A DNA stretch of 64,000 bases from Candidatus Anderseniibacteriota bacterium (GCA_016197005.1 JACPWO010000004.1:6305-70304); one strand, 5' to 3'; positions 37,936 to 48,673 are shown, counted from the first letter of the stretch. The notes: generated by a model not told the origin, from the sequence alone. Numbers and translations are program-made.

Positions 37936-38841
37936 GTGATGACGATGACCACATCGATCACATCCGGTCAGAAGGTTCAGTACTTGAGAATGGTCGAAGA
38001 CGCTGCACGACGTGCAGCCAATTTGGCCCTTGAGAAGGTTGAAAGCCTCGACAAGACAGGTGCACAGCGACTGATCGAGCATGGCGACGAATTCGAGACA
38101 GCAATTGCCGAGCTCGTGGTTGCTAAGACGAGAGAGTTATCTCTCTCCAATCAGTTCGCCAACGAAGAAGTACCGTCAAACTACGGCTACCTCTCCGGCT
38201 ACAAAAAGCCGAAGGGCATGACCGAACAGACCAATCTTCTTCGTCAGCTTTTCCCTGGTATCGGTTTCGCCGACGAGCAACTGGCTACGCGCGACCTGCC
38301 GAAAGGTGCTGAAGGCTACTTTGCCATTCCGCGTTGGGAAACGTTGGCACCGACCTATGGCGAAGCCGTGCAGAAAGTGCTGGATATGATCAAAAAAACC
38401 CGCAACGGTAAGCTTTACAACTACTGTGAAGGGAAACTTGGTCCGCAGTATCTGCGTCAGCACGCCAAAACGTCAAAAGCGTTTCAAGTGCTCGGTGATC
38501 AACAAAAGGGCTACGACATTCTCGTGGTACCCTGCCAGTTTGGTCTCCGTCACAGAGGTCGTTCAGTGCGCCGAGCACGAGAAGTCATGATCGCCAGCGA
38601 ATTTGCTCTCGGAGCTTTCGCGAACGGCATCATGATTTTGACTCATCCGGAACGTCTTCAACACGATAACGATCTTTGGATCGACGGTGGTGGCGACGAA
38701 TTTTCTCCGGATGCCGGTGGTCGGTTCGACTTCGCGCCTAGCTTCGTCTTCGATGGTGGCAGGGTCAGGTTCGACGCGTTCTGGGTCCTCTATGCCCTTG
38801 ACCTCTATGGCTCTCCGTCTGGGTTCTGTCCGCAGAAGTGA
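37936..38841 (+). CDS. DGR target (variable) protein; the C-terminal approximately 45 aa are encoded by the variable repeat
   Basis: The 301-aa ORF's 3' end is a near-copy of the downstream TR, with differences only at TR adenines. The C-terminus reads ...GSPSGFCPQK. The GC content is visibly higher than that of neighbouring genes. Confidence 0.75.
   Translation: MMTMTTSITSGQKVQYLRMVEDAARRAANLALEKVESLDKTGAQRLIEHGDEFETAIAELVVAKTRELSLSNQFANEEVPSNYGYLSGYKKPKGMTEQTNLLRQLFPGIGFADEQLATRDLPKGAEGYFAIPRWETLAPTYGEAVQKVLDMIKKTRNGKLYNYCEGKLGPQYLRQHAKTSKAFQVLGDQQKGYDILVVPCQFGLRHRGRSVRRAREVMIASEFALGAFANGIMILTHPERLQHDNDLWIDGGGDEFSPDAGGRFDFAPSFVFDGGRVRFDAFWVLYALDLYGSPSGFCPQK
38704..38835 (+). repeat. DGR variable repeat (VR)
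   Basis: The VR aligns to 39218..39350 with about 23 mismatches, all at positions where the TR has A. The final 28 nt are identical (CTATGGCTCTCCGTCTGGGTTCTGTCCG). Confidence 0.8.
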
Positions 38842-38894
38842 TGCTTGTTCCTTGAACGCTTGGATCTTTTGTTTTCTTGATCCTTCGCGTCGAC

Positions 38895-38930
38895 GGGGTT
38901 TTCCACAGTTTGGAGACCCCGTTTTCTTTT
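38895..38930 (+). terminator. Hairpin plus U-tract downstream of the VR (intrinsic terminator; DGR targets commonly carry a hairpin 3' of the VR)
   Basis: GGGGTTTTCC-loop-GGAGACCCC forms a 9-bp stem with 2 G-U pairs and is followed by GTTTTCTTTT. Confidence 0.5.
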
Positions 38931-39217
38931 ACTTAATTTTTCTTAAACCATATATACTCATCTTCGAGTTAAGCTCATGTACGACCGTTTACGGATTGTC
39001 GTCGTTTACACTCTTTCTCTTCACGAGAAAAAGCCAGAATCCGGCTGATCACGCGTTTGCCGGAGCGAGCTTGTACGAGGAGATACTGCTTGTCTTTGCT
39101 CAAGGCAAACTTCGCTAATAAGCGGGGTGTTGCCACAAACAATACAGGAATAAGAGGCGTTCACTGATGCCTAGCATCGCCACCTCAAGTTCCAGTGACT
39201 CAGATAGGCAAAGACAA

Positions 39218-39350
39218 ATATCCGGATGCCGATGGTCAGTTCGACAACGCGCCTAACTTCAACTTCAATGATGGCAAGGTCAAGTTCGACACGAACTGGG
39301 TCAACAATGCCAATGACAACTATGGCTCTCCGTCTGGGTTCTGTCCGAAG
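39218..39350 (+). repeat. DGR template repeat (TR), A-rich with many AAC/AAT codons
   Basis: No ATG-initiated ORF is present. An in-frame TGA lies at 39164-39166 upstream. Asparagine-like AAC/AAT triplets occur wherever the VR differs. Confidence 0.8.
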
Positions 39351-39366
39351 TCTCTCCTTATATAAA

Positions 39367-39393
39367 GGCATCCATAGACGGATGCCTTTTGTT
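39367..39393 (+). terminator. Perfect 7-bp hairpin GGCATCC-ATAGAC-GGATGCC plus TTTTGTT immediately 3' of the TR
   Basis: The hairpin was seen in the sequence. It may terminate a TR transcript and/or the antisense avd. Confidence 0.45.
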
Positions 39394-39736
39394 ATCTAAT
39401 TGAACGGCTCCATCCGCCGAGTTGTCGGCCGATCTCATCAATAATTTCTTGCAACACAATGTATTTTTTGTTGTCGAGCGTTTTTGTATCTTTCATGAGA
39501 CGAACCAATAGTCGGAGTAAATTCAGTTTGGCACTGATCTGCTCAAGAGTTGTGGCTTTATTCACGGTTTTCGCATAGCCAGCAAGAAAAAGGTTTTCAA
39601 TAATATCCAGGATGAGTCGCTCACTCCACTCATAAATTGTAAAGCGATCTTGTTTCGGCACAGTCTTACGGTACTCGTGAAAAGTTTTGTAGAGTTCGTA
39701 GGCTTTCTTAAGAATAGGAATATCGCTATCGTTCAT
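39392..39736 (-). CDS. avd: Accessory variability determinant (Avd), a four-helix-bundle protein of DGRs
   Basis: The 114-aa protein aligns by eye to Bordetella phage bAvd: VPKQDRFT~IPRKHGVA, ENLFLAGYAKT~ELFIVAGKSNQ, LLRLLVRLM~LRFWLRFLAG, QEIIDEIGRQLGGWSRSI~QVLIAEVGRILGSWI. Confidence 0.7.
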   Translation of the reverse strand: MNDSDIPILKKAYELYKTFHEYRKTVPKQDRFTIYEWSERLILDIIENLFLAGYAKTVNKATTLEQISAKLNLLRLLVRLMKDTKTLDNKKYIVLQEIIDEIGRQLGGWSRSIR

Positions 39737-39741
39737 AGGCT

Positions 39742-40817
<1,076 letters not shown>

Positions 40818-40926
40818 ACTACAAAACTGTTTTTGCGAAGTGACAGTCATCACTTTTCTTTCCTCTTTGGCCTGCTACACTTTATATTATAGATGCTTAT
40901 TCCATGAACGAAGGAGGTGACGGTAT

Positions 40927-41145
40927 ATGATGAAAGATACAAATTTACAGTTGTGGGCAGCCGTTCTACTTCTGGTTGGCGGCCTTGTTCACCTGATTCC
41001 AGCGCTCTATACCGCTCTGTCTAATCTGACAGGAGGCACGCCTTGGATTCAGATTATCGTTGGTATCTTGTCCGTGATCGTCGCGTTGGTGATGTTCGCT
41101 GGGGACAAGCCAAATTCTGGTTCAAACGCAGGATCTGGAATGTAA
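40927..41145 (+). CDS. Small two-TM membrane protein, hypothetical
   Basis: 72 aa. The SD GGAGGTGA precedes the start. Two hydrophobic helices are present. Confidence 0.4.
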   Translation: MMKDTNLQLWAAVLLLVGGLVHLIPALYTALSNLTGGTPWIQIIVGILSVIVALVMFAGDKPNSGSNAGSGM

Positions 41146-41211
41146 TATCGGCTGTAAAAAAGACGAGCCTTCCTGCTAGGAGGGCTCGTTTCGTTTTGGT
41201 ACAGTTACAGC

Positions 41212-41802
41212 ATGGGAATAAAAGCATCTTTCTTCCGTTGGTGGGTAAATGCCTGGCCGCATCGTGTCCGTCTACGTAAATACGTGCCGGAATTTTTGCG
41301 TAGCTCTCCCGAACCCTTTCGGGGTGAAGTGCTGGAACTTGGCGCTGGGCATGGGTGGACGTCACGGAAGATTTTAGAAACTTTCCCGCAAGTTGAGCTA
41401 ACAGCGGTCGATAGCGATTCGGGTGCCGCTAAGGCGTTTGCGCGCCTGGAAGCAAAATATGGTCGTCGCCTCAAAGCATTGCAGGCAGATTTATTTAAAC
41501 TCCCATTTGATCGAGAGTCCTTCGATATTGTTATTGGGATAAATGTTTTTCCATATCTCAAGCCCTACAGTGTGCGCAAAGCAGTCGAGGAGTCACTACG
41601 CGTACTGAGGCCGGGTGGCCTCCTCGGTATTAGCGACTGGGCATTGCTGCAACCAAGTTACAATGTTCGCCGCAAATCACTAGAAGAAATTTTGCGAGAA
41701 GAACACTGTGAAATTTTGAAGGCCACCGGTGCTAGCCCTCGTGCTCTATGGGCACGCAAGCCGTACCCCATTCCGCCTGAATCAGTCACGGTCGAAGAAT
41801 AA
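41212..41802 (+). CDS. Class I SAM-dependent methyltransferase
   Basis: Motif I is VLELGAGHGWTS and motif II is IVIGINVF. Confidence 0.65.
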   Translation: MGIKASFFRWWVNAWPHRVRLRKYVPEFLRSSPEPFRGEVLELGAGHGWTSRKILETFPQVELTAVDSDSGAAKAFARLEAKYGRRLKALQADLFKLPFDRESFDIVIGINVFPYLKPYSVRKAVEESLRVLRPGGLLGISDWALLQPSYNVRRKSLEEILREEHCEILKATGASPRALWARKPYPIPPESVTVEE

Positions 41803-41842
41803 ACCTGTACAAAAAGGGAGAATATAGATATAGTGCGGGGTT

Positions 41843-43351
41843 ATGTCTCGTATTGTCGTCACCGTTTCAAGTCTCGCCGCCCGTCCACCACTTGATGTGG
41901 TGGTAGTACCGGTATATTTCGATCGAAAGATCGCAACTACGCTTCCTAAGGCTCTCGAGAAAATAGTACGAGAGCAAATGCGAAAATTAGAATTTAAGGG
42001 TGGTTGGGGAGCAGCTGAGCTCATTCCAGCACCAGCTGGTCGCATCGCTCCATTTTTGGCATTAGTTGGTATGGGAAAAGAGGAAAGCAATCCTTCCGCA
42101 CAAGCTGAAGCAGTGCGCCGAGCCATGGGAAAAATATTTCAAGATGCTCGGCGTCATGCTTTACGACAGATAGGTGCTCTATTACCAGCCGTTCACAGTT
42201 CGGAAATAGCTATGGCAGTAGTCGAATCGGCCGAGCTTACGAATTACCGTTTTGCGGAACATCGTAAACAATTACAAAAGGATCAAGCCAAGCGCGCCCT
42301 GCGCAAGCTCGTTCTCTTTGCTCCAGAAAAAAATATACCGATCATTCGTCGCGCCGTAACAAATGCACGCACTACACTTGCTGGTGTCACTCTTACTCGT
42401 ACTCTAGTAGATCAACCGGCCGGACATGCTAGCCCTCTTGCTCTGGTAGAAGCAGCCCGAGCAATTGCTCAAGACAGTGAAGATATTTCTCTTACCGTGT
42501 TTGATCGGAAGGAAGCTGCCAAGCGAAAATTTAATGCGTTCTTAGCAGTCGCCCAAGGTTCTATTGAAGAGCCGTACGTTATTCATCTTACTTACAAACA
42601 TCCAGCGCCACTGCGCCGGATTGCGCTCGTTGGTAAAGGCATCACGTTTGATTCGGGAGGATTGTCACTAAAACCAGCTCAACACATGACTGATATGAAA
42701 ATAGATATGGCAGGTGCAGCGACTGTTCTCGGGGTATTTTCTGTTCTGAAGAAATTAAAACTGCCTATTGAAGTGCACGGCATTATTGCGGCTTGTGAGA
42801 ATATGCCATCAGGTAGTGCTTACCGTCCAGGAGATGTGGTCGAGGCAATGAATGGTAAAACAATTGAAATTCAAAATACTGATGCTGAGGGTCGAGTAAC
42901 ATTGGCCGACGCTCTGACGTATGCTTGCCAGCAAAACGTCGATACTGTTATTGATATTGCTACGTTAACTGGAGCTGTTATGGTCGCGCTGGGTGAGACA
43001 CACGCTGGCATGTGGACCAATGACTCGAAGCTGGGAAAAAATCTGTTGCAGTCAGCTAAGCGAGTTGGTGAAGGGCTGGTTGCGTTGCCGTTGCCGGTAG
43101 AATATCGTCCTATGATCCAAAGTACGGTGGCTGATCTAACCAACGCAGCGGGGAATCATCCTGTTGGTGGAGCTATTACTGCCGCTTTGTTCCTCCAAGA
43201 ATTCGTGAAAGGTGTAGCCTGGGCTCATCTTGATGTAGCCGGCCCAGTACATATGCGAAAAGCAATTTTGTCATACTATGCCTCTGGCGCTACCGGTTAT
43301 GGCGTTCGCACACTCGTTGATTTCTTGAAGACAACTGGTAGTCAAGCGTAG
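41843..43351 (+). CDS. pepA: Leucyl aminopeptidase (M17 family)
   Basis: The M17 signature NTDAEGRVTLADAL is present. The metal-binding segment reads VGKGITFDSGG. Confidence 0.85.
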   Translation: MSRIVVTVSSLAARPPLDVVVVPVYFDRKIATTLPKALEKIVREQMRKLEFKGGWGAAELIPAPAGRIAPFLALVGMGKEESNPSAQAEAVRRAMGKIFQDARRHALRQIGALLPAVHSSEIAMAVVESAELTNYRFAEHRKQLQKDQAKRALRKLVLFAPEKNIPIIRRAVTNARTTLAGVTLTRTLVDQPAGHASPLALVEAARAIAQDSEDISLTVFDRKEAAKRKFNAFLAVAQGSIEEPYVIHLTYKHPAPLRRIALVGKGITFDSGGLSLKPAQHMTDMKIDMAGAATVLGVFSVLKKLKLPIEVHGIIAACENMPSGSAYRPGDVVEAMNGKTIEIQNTDAEGRVTLADALTYACQQNVDTVIDIATLTGAVMVALGETHAGMWTNDSKLGKNLLQSAKRVGEGLVALPLPVEYRPMIQSTVADLTNAAGNHPVGGAITAALFLQEFVKGVAWAHLDVAGPVHMRKAILSYYASGATGYGVRTLVDFLKTTGSQA

Positions 43352-43391
43352 TTTCCAAAACGCTTAGCTTTTGGGATAGTAAGCAGCAGGT

Positions 43392-44462
43392 ATGCAAGAT
43401 ACTATTCGGCGCAATGTTCCCTTGGCGCCTTTAACCACAATTAACCTGGGCGGGCCAGCTCGTTTTCTTGTCGTGTGCAAAAACGAAGAGGATATTCGTC
43501 GTGCTCTAGCACTATCTCACCAAGAAAACGTTCCTCTCCATATTTTAGGCGGGGGAAGCAACACTGTATTTGCCGACGAAGGATTTCAAGGCGTCGTTGC
43601 GAAGATAGAACTTAAGGGCCTTACCTTTACGGAAGAAAATGAAACTGTACTTGTATCTGCAGCGGCGGGAGAAGTATGGGACGAAGTTGTTCAGGCGTCT
43701 CTAGCAAAGGGGTTGGCGGGTATTGAATGTCTGTCGGGTATTCCGGGATTAGTAGGGGCTACTCCTATGCAGAATGTTGGTGCATACGGACAAGATGTAG
43801 CGGAAACAATTGAAGACGTTACGACGATTGATCGTAGAACCGGGAAGTCAGTAACGTTTACAAATGCAGCATGTACATTTGCTTACCGGGTTAGTCGATT
43901 CAAAAAAGAAGATCTAGGTACCTACATTGTTACCAATGTTCGGTTTCGGCTGCGTCGAGATGCAGTACCAACGATTCGTTATCCACAAGTCCAGGCACAG
44001 TTGGAAAAAATGTATGGCACAGTCGATATAGGTACAGGACAGGAAGCTTTAGAGAAAGTGCGAGAGACGGTACTGCACCTGCGCCGGAGCAAGTCAATGG
44101 TAGTTAATCCATCTGATCCTCACTCTCGCTCGTGTGGTTCTTTCTTTACTAATCCCATTATTTCCGCCGAAAAAGCTAAATTGGTGCAAGCAACACAATC
44201 AGGACAGCAAGGATATACGGTCAAAGGAGGCGTGAAAATGTCAGCTGCGTGGTTGGTTGAGCAGGCCGGCTTTGCGCGCGGTCAGCGTTTTGGAAATGTT
44301 GGTATTTCACCGAATCATTCACTGGCTTTAGTGAATTATGGTGGAACGACCAAGGAGCTCTTAGCAGTAGCAACTACGATTCAAAAAAAAGTGAAAGAAC
44401 TTTTTGATATTACGCTTGAATTGGAACCAGTGGCGGTATTACCTCATAATTCGGTACAGTAA
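43392..44462 (+). CDS. murB: UDP-N-acetylenolpyruvoylglucosamine reductase
   Basis: The FAD-binding segment GGGSNTVFADEGFQGVV is present. The typical C-terminal substrate domain is present. Confidence 0.8.
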   Translation: MQDTIRRNVPLAPLTTINLGGPARFLVVCKNEEDIRRALALSHQENVPLHILGGGSNTVFADEGFQGVVAKIELKGLTFTEENETVLVSAAAGEVWDEVVQASLAKGLAGIECLSGIPGLVGATPMQNVGAYGQDVAETIEDVTTIDRRTGKSVTFTNAACTFAYRVSRFKKEDLGTYIVTNVRFRLRRDAVPTIRYPQVQAQLEKMYGTVDIGTGQEALEKVRETVLHLRRSKSMVVNPSDPHSRSCGSFFTNPIISAEKAKLVQATQSGQQGYTVKGGVKMSAAWLVEQAGFARGQRFGNVGISPNHSLALVNYGGTTKELLAVATTIQKKVKELFDITLELEPVAVLPHNSVQ

Positions 44463-44469
44463 CGATATG

Positions 44470-45228
44470 TCTGCTGAAAAAACAATGTTTGCTGCTGAGG
44501 TTAAGAATCTCACGGTAGATATTAATAGTCATCGTGTTGTGAGTGATGTCTCTTTTACTGTGCCGGTAGGATCAACCACGGCAATCATTGGCCCGAACGG
44601 TGCTGGTAAGTCAGTCTTATTAAAAGCGCTACTGCGACTTCTGCCCAAAACATCGGGGGATGTGAAAATATTTGGCATTCCTCACGAAAATTACAAAGAA
44701 ATAGCCCCCCTCATATCGTACATTCCACAGCGCCTCGCTTTTGATGATCATTTTCCGCTCACGGTAAAGGGATTATTTGAACTTAAGTCGCCACGTCCCA
44801 TCGGAATGTCAGTCAGTGAGCGAACACGCATGGAAGAAGTACTCGAACTTGTCAGCATGCGCACACATTTGCATGAGCGTTTGTCTGAATTGTCTGGTGG
44901 ACAGCTGCAGCGTGTCCTTATCGCCTACAGTTTAACTGATCACCCGAAATTACTATTCTTAGACGAACCATCAGCGGGAATTGATGTTCAAGGACAAGAA
45001 ACTATTTATGCTCTGCTTGATCGTATTCGGCAGGAAGAGAAGTTAACCATGGTACTCATCAGTCACGAATTAGAAATTATTATGCAGTATGCAGATCAGG
45101 TGCTGTGTTTAAATCAGCGACTACTGTGCGCAGGGGCGCCACAGCATGTTCTGACGGATGATTTATTAAAAGAAATGTACGGTACGGGAGTAGAAAGATA
45201 CGAACATAGTCACCCTCACCATGATTGA
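44470..45228 (+). CDS. Metal (Zn/Mn-type) ABC transporter ATP-binding protein
   Basis: Walker A is GPNGAGKS. The ABC signature is LSGGQLQRV. Walker B is LLFLDEPSAGID. The gene pairs with the ABC-3 permease. Confidence 0.75.
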   Translation, partial: SAEKTMFAAEVKNLTVDINSHRVVSDVSFTVPVGSTTAIIGPNGAGKSVLLKALLRLLPKTSGDVKIFGIPHENYKEIAPLISYIPQRLAFDDHFPLTVKGLFELKSPRPIGMSVSERTRMEEVLELVSMRTHLHERLSELSGGQLQRVLIAYSLTDHPKLLFLDEPSAGIDVQGQETIYALLDRIRQEEKLTMVLISHELEIIMQYADQVLCLNQRLLCAGAPQHVLTDDLLKEMYGTGVERYEHSHPHHD

Positions 45229-46030
45229 AATTTTGACATTACCTTTTTTTCAGCGAGCCCTTCTGGTCGGACTCATGCTCGGCAGCATGATGGCAGTGTT
45301 TGGTGTGCTTGTATTGTTGCGACGCATGTCATTTTTTGCGGACGCTATTGGTCACTCGGCACTAGCTGGTATTGCTATTGGGTTACTAGTCGGCATAGAT
45401 CCATTTGTGGGTGGGTTAGTATTTGCGGTTGCAGTAGCTCTTGGGATTGCCGGCGTTCGTCGTATTTCTACACTGCCACTTGATACCCTCTTAGCAGTTT
45501 TCTTTTCAGCGTCAGTTGCGCTCGGGGTTGTTCTCATTACCTTATCTCCCGGGTACCAAGCTGACCTTATTTCTTTCCTATTTGGTAACATTCTAACGGT
45601 TACCAATGCTGATGTCGTACTCAGTTTTGGCATGATGATCATAACTGGTGGAGTACTTCTGTGGGTGGGAAAGGGATTAGTAGCAATTGCGCTTGATGCA
45701 TCACTAGCCAAAGCCGAAGGCGTCCCAGTAGGACGATATGAATTATTACTTTTGATATTACTGGCCGTTACGATTGCGTTATCTATAAAGGTAGTGGGTA
45801 TTGTGTTAGTTACCGCCCTTCTTATTATTCCAGCTGCAGCCGCACATAACATTTCTCGTTCGCTTGCCGGAATGTTTGGTTGGTCCGTTGTTGTTAGTAT
45901 TGTTTCGGTAGTAGTAGGGTTGCTTGCTAGTGCCGTACTAGATACTCCATCAGGACCAACGATTGTGCTGACTGGTTCAATTATCTTTGCTATTTCGCTT
46001 GTTACCCGTCGATTGAGTGGGACTGCGTAG
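45221..46030 (+). CDS. Metal ABC transporter permease (ABC-3/ZnuB-like)
   Basis: 269 aa with about 8 TM helices. The start overlaps the ATPase stop codon. Confidence 0.7.
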   Translation: MIEILTLPFFQRALLVGLMLGSMMAVFGVLVLLRRMSFFADAIGHSALAGIAIGLLVGIDPFVGGLVFAVAVALGIAGVRRISTLPLDTLLAVFFSASVALGVVLITLSPGYQADLISFLFGNILTVTNADVVLSFGMMIITGGVLLWVGKGLVAIALDASLAKAEGVPVGRYELLLLILLAVTIALSIKVVGIVLVTALLIIPAAAAHNISRSLAGMFGWSVVVSIVSVVVGLLASAVLDTPSGPTIVLTGSIIFAISLVTRRLSGTA

Positions 46031-46066
46031 TTTGTAGGTCAGAATTTCTTCCAATCAACGTGACAA

Positions 46067-48067
46067 TTATTTACCATTCTTTACTCTTCGCTTCCGAAGT
46101 TTTTGAATGTTATCCCGAAGTTTAGCCGCTTTCTCGAACTCAAGGTTTTGAGCAGCGATCTGCATCTTGTTTTTAAGTGTCTTCACGGCCCGCTCAATTT
46201 CCTCGGGCGGAATTTCATCAATGTCTATATCTTCGGCTTCCTTCTCCTTTTCTGCGCCCATGATACCGTAGCGAATTGCCTTTGAAATAGTTGTCGGCGT
46301 AACACCGTGCTCAGTATTGTATTTCTCTTGAATGCTGCGACGACGCTGGGTTTCATCGATCGCGGCTTTCATAGAGCCGGTAATCGTATTGGCGTACATA
46401 ATAACTTTACCTTCTGAATGTCGAGCCGCTCGACCCATCGTTTGAATGAGGGCAGTCTGCGAACGTAGGTATCCTTCCTTGTCTGCATCCATAATGGCAA
46501 CTAAAGATACTTCCGGTAAATCTAATCCTTCCCGCAAAAGGTTAATGCCGACAAGCACGTCGTAGGTGCCGCTGCGGAGACTGCGGAGAATATCCAGCCG
46601 TTCAAAAGTATCTATGTCTGAGTGGAGATACGCTGCTTTGGTACCGGTTTCTACTAAATAGGTAGCGAGCTCTTCCGCCATTCGTTTGGTAAGTGTAGTC
46701 ACAAGTACGCGTTGTTTACTCGCAATACGCTCTTTAATTTGATCCATGACGTCGTCGACCTGATGATCAGTCGGTTTAATTTCAATGAGGGGATCAAGTA
46801 AACCGGTGGGGCGAACGATAAGTTCAACTGTCTTTTTGCTGGTGTTTTGTTCGTATTTTGCTGGGGTCGCGGAGACAAATACTGTTTGGGAAATGCGGTC
46901 TTCAAATTCATGAAACTTAAGAGGTCGGTTATCAGCCGCGGATGGGAGACGGAAACCATGCTCAATGAGGCTCTTCTTACGAGCAGAATCTCCGCCGTAC
47001 ATAGCCGAAACCTGAGGGATAGTCATATGGGATTCATCAATAAAAGTAAGAAAATTTTTACCGAAGCTGTGAGTAAAATAATCAATAAGAGTAGAAGGAG
47101 GTTCTCCTGGGGCTCTCCCATCTAAGTGGCGAGAGTAGTTCTCAATGCCGGACACATATCCTAGGTGTTCAAGCATTTCGAGGTCGTACGTTGCGCGCTG
47201 GGCAATGCGCTGTGCTTCAACTTCTTTGCCGATTTTCTTAAAGTGCTGAATTTGCTCGGCAAGTTCTATGCGAATACTGTCCATGGCTCGATTGCGTTGT
47301 TCGAGGCTGGCAATGAAAAAGGTGGCGGGGAAGATAGAGATTGGCTCATCCGGTGTCGCGTTTTTTATTTTATGTCCCGTTAAGGAATCAAGAATAGTGA
47401 CGGAATCAATAACTGCTCCAAAGAATTCAACCCGCACTAAATGATCCTCACCGGCAGGGAAAATATCTACAACATCTCCGCGTACACGAAAATCTCCACG
47501 TGAAGGATCAAGGTCATCGCGGTTATATTGCAGTCGAGTAAGTTCCAGGAGTAATTGCTGACGTGACATGACAGCGCCTTTCGTGAGTCCAATTCGCCAG
47601 TCGGTATATACGGAAGGTGCTCCCAATCCGTAAATACAAGAAACTGAAGCCACCACGATTGTATCCGGCCGAGTTAAGATTGCTTCCATCGCCGCGTGAC
47701 GGAGTCGATCAATTTCATCGTTAATACTGGAGTCTTTGGCAATGTACGTGTCAGTACGAGGGATATATGCCTCCGGCTGGTAATAGTCGTAATAGGAAAC
47801 GAAGTACTGCACAGAGTTTTCCGGGAAGAATTCTTTTAACTCTTCAGCGAGTTGAGCTGCTAGTGTCTTGTTGTGACTAATAACAAGGGCAGGTCGTTGT
47901 GTTTTCGCTATGACTGAAGCCATGACGTACGTTTTTCCGCTACCGGTCACTCCAAGCAGCGTCTGTTTAGGTATGCCTGACTCAATCCCTTCGGATAAGG
48001 TAGTAATTGCCTTCGGTTGATCACCCGCCGGCTCAAAAGGGGACTTTAATATGAATTTTTTAGCCAT
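46067..48067 (-). CDS. uvrB: Excinuclease ABC subunit B
   Basis: Walker A is GVTGSGKT. Helicase motifs are present. The C-terminal UVR domain reads QIAAQNLEFEKAAKLRD. Confidence 0.95.
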   Translation of the reverse strand: MAKKFILKSPFEPAGDQPKAITTLSEGIESGIPKQTLLGVTGSGKTYVMASVIAKTQRPALVISHNKTLAAQLAEELKEFFPENSVQYFVSYYDYYQPEAYIPRTDTYIAKDSSINDEIDRLRHAAMEAILTRPDTIVVASVSCIYGLGAPSVYTDWRIGLTKGAVMSRQQLLLELTRLQYNRDDLDPSRGDFRVRGDVVDIFPAGEDHLVRVEFFGAVIDSVTILDSLTGHKIKNATPDEPISIFPATFFIASLEQRNRAMDSIRIELAEQIQHFKKIGKEVEAQRIAQRATYDLEMLEHLGYVSGIENYSRHLDGRAPGEPPSTLIDYFTHSFGKNFLTFIDESHMTIPQVSAMYGGDSARKKSLIEHGFRLPSAADNRPLKFHEFEDRISQTVFVSATPAKYEQNTSKKTVELIVRPTGLLDPLIEIKPTDHQVDDVMDQIKERIASKQRVLVTTLTKRMAEELATYLVETGTKAAYLHSDIDTFERLDILRSLRSGTYDVLVGINLLREGLDLPEVSLVAIMDADKEGYLRSQTALIQTMGRAARHSEGKVIMYANTITGSMKAAIDETQRRRSIQEKYNTEHGVTPTTISKAIRYGIMGAEKEKEAEDIDIDEIPPEEIERAVKTLKNKMQIAAQNLEFEKAAKLRDNIQKLRKRRVKNGK

Positions 48068-48101
48068 ACTGTTCGCTTTACGGTTTTCGTTTTACTCTTT
48101 C

Positions 48102-48668
48102 ACTATGATTGCGAGGATAACAGGAACAGTAGTTGAACGCGAGGAAAAAGCGATTATCGTCTCGGCCAGTGGTATTGGCTATCGTGTAGCCGTGGGTAAA
48201 GCGGTTTTAGAAGCGGTACATGAGGGAGAAGAGGTTATACTGCGTATTTACCACCACATTACCCAGGACAAGCAAGATCTCTATGGTTTTATTGAGTCTG
48301 CTGAAGAAAAGTATTTTCGTCTGTTGCTAGACGTGCCATCAGTCGGTCCTCGAACCGCCCGTAACATATTAGATGCCGCTACTCCCGCTATTCTCGAGCA
48401 AGCAGTCGCGGAAGACGACGTTACCCTACTCACGAAAGTCTCTGGTGTAGGGAAGCGAACGGCCGAGCGCGTCCTTATTGAACTCAAAGCTCGTATTAAG
48501 CAGCCAAAGAAAACAAGAGCAACTGGTGTGGTGCAAGAGCAAGCGATTGAAGCACTCATCTCAATTGGGTTTGCGCCCTCGCAAGCACGAGTAGTGGTGG
48601 GTAAATTACCTAAATCTGTAAAGACTGTTGAAGAGGCGGTGAAGCAGGCGCTTCGGCAGAAAGCATAG
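48102..48668 (+). CDS. ruvA: Holliday junction branch migration protein RuvA
   Basis: The N-terminus reads MIARITGTVVER...GIGYRVAV. The HhH segment reads GVGKRTAERVLIELK. Confidence 0.8.
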   Translation, partial: TMIARITGTVVEREEKAIIVSASGIGYRVAVGKAVLEAVHEGEEVILRIYHHITQDKQDLYGFIESAEEKYFRLLLDVPSVGPRTARNILDAATPAILEQAVAEDDVTLLTKVSGVGKRTAERVLIELKARIKQPKKTRATGVVQEQAIEALISIGFAPSQARVVVGKLPKSVKTVEEAVKQALRQKA

Positions 48669-48673
48669 GGCTC

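Noticed and set aside
38687-39118. 143-aa + strand ORF overlapping the VR and the VR-TR spacer (candidate avd position)
   Set aside because: It is out of frame with the target gene, Ser/Leu-rich and without motifs. It runs through the terminator hairpin. The true Avd is the minus-strand ORF at 39392..39736.
39171-39371. 66-aa minus-strand ORF across the TR; also considered whether the TR is a second small target gene (the + frame is open from a GTG at 39194)
   Set aside because: The TR has an in-frame TGA upstream and no ATG. Its A-richness is exactly what is expected of a template. The minus ORF is a byproduct of the repeat.
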